Shown one piece after another: positions 27,781 through 36,137 of a stretch of DNA of 64,000 nt. The first letter of the stretch is position 1. Every line of letters starts with the position of its first letter. The notes under the pieces are model-generated. The model worked only from the letters and a program-made list of their open reading frames with translations, did not search any database and was not told the origin of the DNA. The stretch is from Candidatus Bipolaricaulota bacterium (GTDB taxonomy: Bacteria; Patescibacteriota; Patescibacteriia; UBA11705; DATKZF01): contig DATKZF010000003.1 in the NCBI GenBank assembly GCA_035528115.1, positions 86,699-150,698 on the forward strand, in the 5' to 3' direction. A program made the position numbers and the translations under genes.

Positions 27781-28194
27781 TTAACCGATTTTTACGTTTT
27801 TTTCTTCCAACAGACATTGTTCGCATTTGCCAAAGAAAAAAATGGTGTTCGAATGCACCTGGGCATTCAATTCACGATTGATACGCTTATAAATTTTTTT
27901 AATTTCAACGTCTCTGACATCGAAGATGGACTTGCATTTTTCGCAAACGAAATGAACGTCGTTTCTTTTCGCGTCATAGCGCGTCGGTCCTTTTTCAAAA
28001 TCCAAAGCCCTGATCAAGCCGCTTTCAACCAGACTTTTTAAATTTCTATATACCGTGGCAAAACTGATTTGAGGCAAAAGAGCCTTAACGGCCATAAAAA
28101 CTTCCTCAGCCGCCGGGTGAGAATCCGTATTTAAAAGATAATTCAATATCATTTTTCTTTGATTTGTCAGTCGTCCTTTATGCTTAATTATCAT
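27781..28194 (-). CDS. Fur-family transcriptional regulator (Fur/Zur/PerR)
   Basis: 137 aa. LTNQRKMILNYLLNTDSHPAAEEVFMAVK...ISFATVYRNLKSLVESGLI winged helix. C-terminal metal-site motifs HFVCEKCKSIFDV...FGKCEQC (CxxC...CxxC). Confidence 0.75.
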   Translation of the reverse strand: MIIKHKGRLTNQRKMILNYLLNTDSHPAAEEVFMAVKALLPQISFATVYRNLKSLVESGLIRALDFEKGPTRYDAKRNDVHFVCEKCKSIFDVRDVEIKKIYKRINRELNAQVHSNTIFFFGKCEQCLLEEKNVKIG

Positions 28195-28290
28195 ATTTTA
28201 TCAGATAATTACTCCTATTTGAGATTTGTTATCATTACTAAATATAGTATATTCCTATTTGAGAATCATTCAAAGACTTATCCACAAATT

Positions 28291-28582
28291 GTTACGAATT
28301 ACAAGACTCCATTTAGCTTCTAGGTTATCTGTTACGAATTACAAGATTCTATTTAGCTTTCAGGTTATCTGTTACGCCTGCCTGCTCCTCGAGTCTGAGC
28401 TCGCCACTCGGCCGTGAGCTCGTGGCCGAACGGGAGTCGAAGACCGGCAGGCAGGAATTACAAGATTCTCAGGCTTAAAGCTGTAAGTGAATGTGATTTG
28501 TAACATCCGTCCGTAGGCCAAATGGAGTCTTGTACTTCGTAACATATATTAATCGGCCTACCAGATGATTGTAATTCGTAAC
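28291..28582. repeat. Family-A repeat copy A3 carrying a nested 79-bp GC-rich palindromic element (28368-28446)
   Basis: Inverted orientation relative to A4. Contains ggttatctgttacg|cctgcctgc...gcaggcagg|aattacaag. The insert is identical to the one in A4. Confidence 0.75.
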
Positions 28583-28602
28583 ATAATCCATAAAGATGTA
28601 AT

Positions 28603-28626
28603 AAAAAAAACTCCGCTTTAGCGGAG
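28603..28626 (-). terminator. rho-independent terminator of the 185-aa hypothetical gene
   Basis: Minus strand reads ctccgc-taaa-gcggag followed by tttttttt. Confidence 0.65.
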
Positions 28627-28644
28627 CATTGCCGTATTGTGGAA

Positions 28645-29202
28645 TTATCTTATGCCCATGCGATACAAAATCAAATTTTTAATATCCTCCAAGCAAACAT
28701 CATCATAAACCGAAGATGTTTCATAAACTTTGACTGAAATGTTTGGTCTGGCCATCGCGGACAGATGCTTAATGGTTTTGCGATGATCATTATCAAAGTA
28801 TTTTTCAGCCATGAAAAAATCAATGGGAGCTTCCGTTCTTTCTAATAAATGTCCCGGTTCCGGAGTATTTTCCGGCCAAAGCGTTCTTTTGTTTTGTTTA
28901 TTTTTGAAAATTATCGGCTGCAAAGAAAATATGCCGGACAACCGAGCGCTTTCCGCCGCTTCCAAAACCGGCACCAAACTCCAACCTTCGGTGATATAAT
29001 ACAATTCTTTGTTTTTCTCGGTTTGTTGACGGTGATAATCATTGAAAGCCTCAATCAGTTCCGACCAACCGCCCGCAGCCATCTTAGACGAGAGATTATC
29101 AAAAACAAAAACATTCAGGCCTTTTTCTTTAAGATCATTGCCCAATTTGACGAATTTTTGATTTGTGCCCCAAATATTCGGCACTATCACCACTTTTCTC
29201 AT
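28645..29202 (-). CDS. hypothetical protein
   Basis: 185-aa ORF with a terminator hairpin just downstream (28603-28626, ctccgc-ttta-gcggag plus T-tract on the coding strand). No recognisable motifs. Confidence 0.5.
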   Translation of the reverse strand: MRKVVIVPNIWGTNQKFVKLGNDLKEKGLNVFVFDNLSSKMAAGGWSELIEAFNDYHRQQTEKNKELYYITEGWSLVPVLEAAESARLSGIFSLQPIIFKNKQNKRTLWPENTPEPGHLLERTEAPIDFFMAEKYFDNDHRKTIKHLSAMARPNISVKVYETSSVYDDVCLEDIKNLILYRMGIR

Positions 29203-29341
29203 ATGTTTATATTTTACCAGTAATTATGAAAATATCAATGTTTGCAACCCTTCCAAATATTGATTTATTAATAACATCTGATATCATAGTAGGGTATTTA
29301 AGACTAAAATGGATATTTTGACAAGTCTTGCGGCAAATCAT

Positions 29342-29415
29342 TCGGAGATCGTCTAATGGTAGGACACCAGGTTCTGGCCCTGGCAATCTAGGTTCGATTC
29401 CTAGTCTCCGAGCCA
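29342..29415 (+). tRNA. tRNA-Gln(CUG): tRNA-Gln (anticodon CUG), CCA encoded
   Basis: Cloverleaf folded by hand: acceptor tcggaga/tctccga; D stem gtct/ggac with loop aatggta; anticodon stem ccagg/cctgg with loop ttCTGgc; variable loop caat; T stem ctagg/cctag with loop ttcgatt; discriminator g; CCA. Confidence 0.8.
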
Positions 29416-29588
29416 GCCTTCGCTAAAGCTTCGGCTGGCAGGCCAGCCAATCGCCTTTCGGGCTGCGGCTTGTCCGCCGTAGTTTCAACGTAGGCGGGCT
29501 GACAAGCTAATAAAAATTATCCCCAAAAATGGACTTTTCTCAATAAATACGCTATAATGATTCAACGAGATAATTAACTAAAATATTT

Positions 29589-29870
29589 ATGGCAAAAATG
29601 ACAAAGTCTCAAATGTTGACTGCCTTAGCTGAAAAGACGGGCATGTCGAAAAAAGATGTCGCTTCTTTGAGCGAAGCCATGACCATGATGGCTTACGACG
29701 AAGTTAAGAAGAATGGAGAGTTCACCATCCCGGGCATTGGCAAATTGGTAAAGAAACACCGAAAAGAACGAATGGGACGAAACCCGGCTACAGGAGAATC
29801 AATTAAGATCTTGGCAAAGACCGTTCTTAAATTCAGAGTTTCAAAGTCAGCCAAAGACGCGGTACTGTAA
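29589..29870 (+). CDS. hup: HU-family nucleoid DNA-binding protein
   Basis: 93 aa. MAKMTKSQMLTALAEKTGMSKKDVASLSEAMTMMAYDEVKKNGEFTIPGIGKLVKKHRKERMGRNPATGESIKI is the canonical HU/IHF fold signature (R-N-P-x-T). Terminator hairpin plus T-tract at 29894-29919. Confidence 0.85.
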   Translation: MAKMTKSQMLTALAEKTGMSKKDVASLSEAMTMMAYDEVKKNGEFTIPGIGKLVKKHRKERMGRNPATGESIKILAKTVLKFRVSKSAKDAVL

Positions 29871-29893
29871 AAGCATCCGTCAAGAATAAAAAA

Positions 29894-29919
29894 GCCGCCT
29901 TAACGGGCGGTCTTTTTTT
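29894..29919 (+). terminator. rho-independent terminator of the HU gene
   Basis: gccgcc-ttaac-gggcgg followed by tcttttttta. Confidence 0.7.
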
Positions 29920-29954
29920 ATTAAGAAACTGGAAATTGGGGTGGAGAAAATATT

Positions 29955-30011
29955 GTTTCATTGTTACGTGATACGTGTTTCGTGTTTCATGATTCATGAT
30001 ACATGTTCTAG
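29955..30011. repeat. degenerate heptanucleotide tandem array (about 8 units, GWTWCRT) ending 4 nt before the dnaX stop codon
   Basis: gtttcat t gttacgt gatacgt gtttcgt gtttcat gattcat gatacat gttctag. Shares the terminal catgatacatg with the 13090-13152 array. Confidence 0.7.
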
Positions 30012-30014
30012 GAA

Positions 30015-31706
30015 TCAAGACACAACACTGCCTCCGAACATATCCAGCGCGTCTTTTAAATCATTATCGCCTATTTGAGGCGCCAAAGCCGCGGGTTCAT
30101 TGTCGGAAATCATTGTTTTCATTTCAGCATCCAACTTGGTTTCGATTATGAATTTTTTGCCAAAAGATTCTTTAAACGCCAAACAAACCTTTTCTTTATT
30201 GGCAGGCTCTTCAACTTTTTCCTGCTGGAGCCGAAATGGAAAAGCCAAAGTCACCCTGTTGCCGTCCAGCTTGCACGGCTGACCCATGCCGAGAGACATG
30301 CTTAAGCCGTAATTATCTTTTCGCACCAATTTGATAATTTCCTGCCAGCGCGCTTTCACTTGCGCGAAGGTCAGGCTGGGCTCATAATTCGATGATTCTT
30401 TGGGTTCATTGTTTGATTGTTTGTCATCCGCTTCGGTGGCCGCCAAATCCACGACGGGCGCTGTCGAAGTAGATTCCGGTTCGAACTCAGGCTCCGATAC
30501 CGGCTTTGGTGCGGGACTTGCCGGCTCAATAACCCGCTGAGGCAACGGCGCCGTGCCGGAAGACGCGTCCGGACGAAAATTCTTTCCGAGCGGCGGCTTT
30601 GCCTCCGCTCCGGCGCCACCTTCGCACAACGAGACCGCGGCCAATTCGAGCGGCAACTGTAAAATGTAGCTTTGCCGATATTCTTCCTTTGTTTTCATAA
30701 AAACGTCGATCATTTTAGCCAAAGAAGAGGCTGACACGTTTTTCAATATTTCAACCAATTCCGCCAAGGATTTTTCTTCGGATTCCTGGCTGAGTTCGGC
30801 CAAATCGGACTTTATTTTATAAAGCATGCACTTTCTCAAAAATTCCACAAAATCTCCCGTAAATTGACTGATATCAACGCCGGAGTCAGCCAAATCATTA
30901 ATCAATTCAATGGCGGCTTTGGTGTTTTTTGTGGCCAAATGGGAAAGGAATTCAAACATGGCTTGAAAATTCGACCGCGGCAAAATCAATTCAGCGAGCT
31001 CCAGCGTGATTTTCTTTTCGCCCAAAGAAATCACCTGCTCAAGCAAACTTTCCGCGTCGCGCACGCAACCGTAAGAAAATCTGGAAATTCTTTTCAAAAC
31101 TTCCTCGTCAACAGCCACACCTTCCTGATCGACTATCCATTTGAGCCTGACCAGCAGATCATCCATTTTAATTTTTTTGTAATCGAATCGCTGACAGCGG
31201 GAAATTATGGTCACCGGCACTTTGTGCGCTTCGGTGGTGGCCAAAATGAAAATGACGTGAGCGGGCGGCTCTTCCAAAATTTTCAACAATGCGTTGAAGG
31301 CGCTGATCGAAAGCATGTGCACCTCGTCAATGATGAATATTTTAAATTTCCTTTTGGTCGGCGTAAAGCGCGCGTTGTTGATGATATTTTCTCTGACATT
31401 ATCCACGCCCGTATGAGACGCCGCGTCGATTTCAATAACGTCGAGCGATTTATTTTCCAATATTTCCAAACAAGAATCGCATTGATTGCAGGGCTCGCCG
31501 CGATCTTTTAAATCCAAACAATTGGCCGCCTTGGCCAACAATCTGGCCAAAGTGGTTTTGCCCGTGCCGCGAGGCCCGCAAAAAAGATAAGCGTGCCCGA
31601 TTCGGCCGCTTTCTATTTCATTTTGCAATGTCGTTTTAATGTGATTTTGGCCGGAGATTTGAGAAAAATTCTGCGGCCGGTATTTTCTGTATAAGGCTAC
31701 TGACAT
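30015..31706 (-). CDS. dnaX: DNA polymerase III subunit gamma/tau
   Basis: MSVALYRKYRPQNFSQISGQNHI...GHAYLFCGPRGTGKTTLARLLAKAANC (Walker A), Zn motif CNQCDSC, IIDEVHMLS, SRCQRF. The ORF track begins 9 codons upstream (31733), inside repeat copy A4; ATG at rc 31704-31706 gives the canonical start. Confidence 0.85.
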   Translation of the reverse strand: MSVALYRKYRPQNFSQISGQNHIKTTLQNEIESGRIGHAYLFCGPRGTGKTTLARLLAKAANCLDLKDRGEPCNQCDSCLEILENKSLDVIEIDAASHTGVDNVRENIINNARFTPTKRKFKIFIIDEVHMLSISAFNALLKILEEPPAHVIFILATTEAHKVPVTIISRCQRFDYKKIKMDDLLVRLKWIVDQEGVAVDEEVLKRISRFSYGCVRDAESLLEQVISLGEKKITLELAELILPRSNFQAMFEFLSHLATKNTKAAIELINDLADSGVDISQFTGDFVEFLRKCMLYKIKSDLAELSQESEEKSLAELVEILKNVSASSLAKMIDVFMKTKEEYRQSYILQLPLELAAVSLCEGGAGAEAKPPLGKNFRPDASSGTAPLPQRVIEPASPAPKPVSEPEFEPESTSTAPVVDLAATEADDKQSNNEPKESSNYEPSLTFAQVKARWQEIIKLVRKDNYGLSMSLGMGQPCKLDGNRVTLAFPFRLQQEKVEEPANKEKVCLAFKESFGKKFIIETKLDAEMKTMISDNEPAALAPQIGDNDLKDALDMFGGSVVS

Positions 31707-31714
31707 AGTAGATT

Positions 31715-32007
31715 TGTTACGAATTACAATCATCTGATAGGCCTATTAATATATGTTACGAAGTACAAGATTCCATTTGGCCTACGGACGGATGTTACAA
31801 ATTACATTCATCCATAGCTTTATGCCTAAGAATCTCGTAATACGTAACAAATTTCCTAAAAGCTAAATGGACTCTTGTAATTCCTGCCTGCCGGTCTTCG
31901 ACTCCCGTTCGGCCACGAGCTCACGGCCGAGTGGCGAGCTCAGACTCGAGGAGCAGGCAGGCGTAACAGATAACCTGAAAAATTAATAGAATATTGTAAT
32001 TCGTAAC
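31715..32007. repeat. Family-A repeat copy A4 carrying the same nested 79-bp GC-rich element (31883-31961, reverse complement of the A3 copy); overlaps the over-extended 5' end of the dnaX ORF
   Basis: Direct comparison of strings. The 79-bp inserts are 100% identical as reverse complements. The flanks are diverged family-A sequence. Confidence 0.75.
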
Positions 32008-32055
32008 AACTCTTCATGCTACGTGCATTTTATCAAACCAAACGGAAATAGCAAA

Positions 32056-33231
32056 TCAACGATTTTTCACGAATTTATCAATAATTTTTCGGCATCTGAC
32101 TTTCCAATCATATTGCTTGGCCAGCTCAAAGGCTTTGGAGGCCATCAGAGCCGATTTTTGAGCGTTATTGGCCGCTTCAAGGATAAATCCGCTTAATTGT
32201 TCAATATTATTCGGCGAGGCCAAAAACGCGCTTTCTCCATGCTTAACCACCTTTTCAATCACCGGCAAAGCCGTGGACACGATCGGCCGCCTTGAGGCCA
32301 TGAATTCAAACAGCTTTAAGGGCGAAGTCGAATTGATGTCCATTACCTTAAAATCAACTCGCGTGTCATACGGCATGATTAAAACATCAGCCGCTTTCAA
32401 ATATTTCGGCACGTCTGTTTGCGGCGCGAAGCCGGCGAAAACAACATTGCCGATATTTTCTTTGGCGCAATATTTTTTCCATTCCCCAATCTGATTTTTA
32501 TTGCCGCCGACCAAAACAAAATCAATATTTTTGTCATGAAGCTTTTGCGCGGCCAATAATATTTGCTCAATGCCTTTTTCTTTGTAAAGTCCGCCGACAT
32601 ACACCGCCAGTTTTTTATCAGCCGGCAAATTCAATTCTTTTCGCCAAAAAAAACGGTCGTCATTTATATTGAAAAGATCCAGATCCACACCGTCTTCAGC
32701 CACTAAAATTTTCTCTTCGGGCACGCCCGCATTTTCGTACAATTTTTTCAAATTTTTGTGAATGGTCACTATGCCCAAAAAATTTTTGTCATTAGCGACT
32801 GAAAATACTTTTTTCAAATCATCCCCGACCTCTTTAGTGTGCGTCTCCATGATGGTAGGCAAGCCTTCTTTAACGCAATAATAAGGAGTCAAATAACTGC
32901 GGCAATAAACGAAATCAGGATTTTGCGATTTTATGTATTTGGCCGCTTTTTGACTAAACTTTTCGTTGCCAATCGTTTTCGCTAAAAAATCAAAACCAAA
33001 AGTCATCAAAAATTTCAATTTGATTTTCGGCGACAACCCGTAATATCTTCTGAAGTCGCCGACTTTGATTTTATAAAGCCAATTTCTAAAACTTGAAAAA
33101 CTCACCAATTCCACCTTTTCGCCCGCGCGAAAAAATCCCTGAGCCATTTTGGTCACGTTAAAGCTGTGCGCGAATTTCGATGGAATGTTGCCGTCGGTAG
33201 TGATTATCATATGAACCATTTTTGATGCCAT
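32056..33231 (-). CDS. glycosyltransferase family 4
   Basis: 391 aa. C-terminal GT4 Glycos_transf_1 region KLAVYVGGLYKEKGIEQILLAAQKL...ADVLIMPY...SPLKLFEFMASRRPIVST. Confidence 0.7.
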   Translation of the reverse strand: MASKMVHMIITTDGNIPSKFAHSFNVTKMAQGFFRAGEKVELVSFSSFRNWLYKIKVGDFRRYYGLSPKIKLKFLMTFGFDFLAKTIGNEKFSQKAAKYIKSQNPDFVYCRSYLTPYYCVKEGLPTIMETHTKEVGDDLKKVFSVANDKNFLGIVTIHKNLKKLYENAGVPEEKILVAEDGVDLDLFNINDDRFFWRKELNLPADKKLAVYVGGLYKEKGIEQILLAAQKLHDKNIDFVLVGGNKNQIGEWKKYCAKENIGNVVFAGFAPQTDVPKYLKAADVLIMPYDTRVDFKVMDINSTSPLKLFEFMASRRPIVSTALPVIEKVVKHGESAFLASPNNIEQLSGFILEAANNAQKSALMASKAFELAKQYDWKVRCRKIIDKFVKNR

Positions 33232-34991
33232 TTTTCAAAGATATAAGCCATCCAGAGCATGCCGGCGCTGTTTTCGTATTTATTATCGATCAAATCTTTA
33301 ATAAAATCTTTTTGAATCAAGCCGCTTTTAACCGCTTGCCCGTCCAAAACGGTCCGGCCGACTCGAGCGTAAAACGGCCAGCTGGTAATCGGCGCGGAAA
33401 AGCCTTTTTTCTTTTTTTTCAAAATTGAGATTGGTAACTTGTCTTTCATTATTTTTTTCAACACCGGTTTGCCGGAGCTGTTTTGCGGAAAAACATCCTC
33501 GGGCAGGCTCAAGACCGCTTCAACCAAGCGATGATCGAGAAGCGGCACGCGAACCTCGAGCGAATGAGCCATGCTGGCGCGATCGACTTTGGTTAAAATA
33601 TCGTCGACTAAAAATGTGTTGATATCCAAATATTGCAAGCGCCGAACGTTTTTAAAACCTTGATTGAAATATTTTTCAAACAAACTTTGATCCGCGGATT
33701 TTACCTTTTGATAAATTTGCGGTGAGAAAAATTTTTCAAATTTATCTTCGTCAAAGCGATTGAGCAACAGTTTATTGTAATAATTCTCGAAATTTCCATC
33801 AATTGTTTTTTTGAATCCGAAAATAGATTTTATTTTCTCAATTTTCAAATCCCGCAAATATCGATCGTACCAACGGTAGCCGGAGAAAACTTCGTCCCCG
33901 CCGTCTCCGGAGAGCGCCACTTTGACATGCTCGGCCGTCATTTGCGACAGCAAAAAAGTCGGAATATCCGAGCTATCCGCGTGAGGCTCATCGAAAAAGA
34001 AGGCGAGCTTGTCGCCCAAATCATCGTCGACATTGTCAATGATTTTAGTGATATGCTCCGTGCCCAAAAACTCGGCCGCGATCTTTGAATCCGCTAATTC
34101 GCTGTATTCTTCGGGAACAAAACCGATGGAAAAAGATTTGATTTTATTGTGCCGTTTGGACGCGAAATACGCGATCGAGCTCGAATCAATGCCGCCGCTC
34201 AAAAAAGCTCCGACTTCCACGTCGCTGATCAAGCGTTTGTCCACCGCATCCTTCATCAATGATTCTATTTGCTCCAAATTCGACTTTGGAAAACTAGAAA
34301 TCCTGTCCGCCAAATCGTAATACCTTTTCGTTTTCAAACTAAAATCATTCAAATTTAAAAGCCCAAAATGCCCGGGCAAAAGTTTGAAAATGCCTTTCCA
34401 AATCGTTCTTGGCGCCGGAATGTATCTATATTTGAAATAATCGCCCAGCGCTCCAAAGTCAATCTCCTTTTTGAACGCCGGATGCTCCATCAGAGCCTTT
34501 AATTCCGAAGCGAACACAAAATCTCCATTGGACAAAAAGCCGTAATGAAAAGGCTTGATGCCGAATCTGTCGCGCGCGAAAAACAGCAGATTTTTTTCCG
34601 AATCAAATATTGTAAAAGCGAACATGCCGATGAATTTTTCCAAACAGCTTTCGCCGTATTTTCGATACGCCGCCAAAATCACTTCAGTGTCCGTATCGCT
34701 TTGAAAATCTTGGCCGGATTTTTTCAGCTCGTCTCTTATTTCCTTAAAATTGTAAATCTCGCCGTTAAAAGTGATCCAAACCTTTTTGTCAGCGGAGCTC
34801 ATGGGCTGATGGCCGGCTGATGACAAATCCAAAATGGACAATCGCCGATGCGCCAGCCCGACTTTTTTTTCGTCGTCAATAAAAACGCCGGCGTCATCGG
34901 GCCCGCGATGCGAAAGAGCGTCTCTCATTTTAATCAAGACGCCTTCATTGACCGAATTATTTTTTGAAATGTAGCCGGCAATGCCGCACAT
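33207..34991 (-). CDS. asnB: asparagine synthetase (glutamine-hydrolysing)-family amidotransferase, AsnB/WbpS-like
   Basis: 594 aa. N-terminal MCGIAGY (Ntn Cys2) glutaminase domain. SGGIDSS PP-loop in the synthetase domain. In a glycan operon context this is probably a sugar-amidating homologue. Confidence 0.75.
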   Translation of the reverse strand: MCGIAGYISKNNSVNEGVLIKMRDALSHRGPDDAGVFIDDEKKVGLAHRRLSILDLSSAGHQPMSSADKKVWITFNGEIYNFKEIRDELKKSGQDFQSDTDTEVILAAYRKYGESCLEKFIGMFAFTIFDSEKNLLFFARDRFGIKPFHYGFLSNGDFVFASELKALMEHPAFKKEIDFGALGDYFKYRYIPAPRTIWKGIFKLLPGHFGLLNLNDFSLKTKRYYDLADRISSFPKSNLEQIESLMKDAVDKRLISDVEVGAFLSGGIDSSSIAYFASKRHNKIKSFSIGFVPEEYSELADSKIAAEFLGTEHITKIIDNVDDDLGDKLAFFFDEPHADSSDIPTFLLSQMTAEHVKVALSGDGGDEVFSGYRWYDRYLRDLKIEKIKSIFGFKKTIDGNFENYYNKLLLNRFDEDKFEKFFSPQIYQKVKSADQSLFEKYFNQGFKNVRRLQYLDINTFLVDDILTKVDRASMAHSLEVRVPLLDHRLVEAVLSLPEDVFPQNSSGKPVLKKIMKDKLPISILKKKKKGFSAPITSWPFYARVGRTVLDGQAVKSGLIQKDFIKDLIDNKYENSAGMLWMAYIFEKWHQKWFI

Positions 34992-34995
34992 ATTG

Positions 34996-36132
34996 TCAAT
35001 TTATTTTTTTGCCTTTAACCGTTAAAGCCTCTGGCTTTGTAATAAAGGAATGCCACTTCTTGCCCCTTTTATCAGTTTGAACAACCTCAAAACCTTGCTC
35101 CTCATACCACCCCTCTACTTCATAAAAAGTGTGATGAGTGGCAATCTGAGCTGAATACCAGTCAAACATATGGATTGTAGTCGGTAAAACCTCAATAAAA
35201 TGAAACCAATATTTCCAAGTACCTTTATTTTTAAGCCTTTTCCCCCAATTGGCCATCCTTTTTGCAAACTTCATATTTTTTTCAATTGACATTCTGGTTG
35301 TGAAAAATCTAATAGAGTGATCAACTGCTTCAAAAACAATATTTCTCTTGTGATAAAGATGAGCGACAAATACTCCATCTTTTTTGACATGTTTACAAAT
35401 GGAAAAAAAAGCTTTTTTGGCATCGCCCGTATGCATTAGAACTCCGTTTGAAAAAGCCGTATCGAAAATTTCTTTTTTAAATGGCAATTTGAACAAATCG
35501 CCCTGGATCAAATAAACGTTTCGATTGTTTTTCAAATGCTTATAAGCCGATTTTACGCCATAGCCCAAATCGACTCCAATCACGGTCACCCCGCCCCGCG
35601 CCGCTTCATTGGAGAACCTGCCGTTGCCGCAACCCGCGTCCAAAATCACTTTTCCGTCTGATAAATCATTTTTAGTCAATAAGCATTTGTTGGCAAAAGC
35701 CCGACCGGTATTGGATACCAAGCCGCCCAAAAAATCCAAATTCTTGTCCGCGTCGCTGACGCTCTCATCAGGAATCCAGCCCCAGTCTTTGAAATAATCC
35801 CATTCGTGGCCGAAATATTTGGAAGTATTTTCCTGAAGCTCGGCCAAGTCGTTTTCTCCGGCTGATTTTTTATTTTCAGCAGCGCTCAATTCAGCCAAAT
35901 ATTTATCTCGATCAAAATATTTTTTCAAAAACTCGCGATAATCTTCGTCAAAGCGAAGCAAAGACGGTTCCACGAACCTGGGCAAGCCGGCCACGATCAA
36001 ATGCGTGTCGTTGCATCGGTCGCACTTAATCAGCCCGGCGATTATTTCATCATTTTCTTGCTTGAAAACAATCGGCGTAAAATCTGATCCGCAATGACGG
36101 CATTGTAAATATTTCAACAATTCTTGACGCAT
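34996..36132 (-). CDS. class I SAM-dependent methyltransferase with N-terminal Zn-ribbon (Trm112-like) domain
   Basis: CRHCGSDF...CDRCNDTHLIVAGLP Zn-ribbon. Motif I VILDAGCGNGRFS. Methyltransf_11-type core. Confidence 0.7.
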   Translation of the reverse strand: MRQELLKYLQCRHCGSDFTPIVFKQENDEIIAGLIKCDRCNDTHLIVAGLPRFVEPSLLRFDEDYREFLKKYFDRDKYLAELSAAENKKSAGENDLAELQENTSKYFGHEWDYFKDWGWIPDESVSDADKNLDFLGGLVSNTGRAFANKCLLTKNDLSDGKVILDAGCGNGRFSNEAARGGVTVIGVDLGYGVKSAYKHLKNNRNVYLIQGDLFKLPFKKEIFDTAFSNGVLMHTGDAKKAFFSICKHVKKDGVFVAHLYHKRNIVFEAVDHSIRFFTTRMSIEKNMKFAKRMANWGKRLKNKGTWKYWFHFIEVLPTTIHMFDWYSAQIATHHTFYEVEGWYEEQGFEVVQTDKRGKKWHSFITKPEALTVKGKKIN

Positions 36133-36137
36133 AAATT

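Noticed and set aside
29416-29512. SRP (4.5S) RNA, expected near dnaX in many bacteria
   Set aside because: The structured segment lacks the conserved domain IV motifs (GGAA tetraloop / AGCAGCC symmetric loop) as far as I can judge by eye. Kept only as an unassigned structured element.
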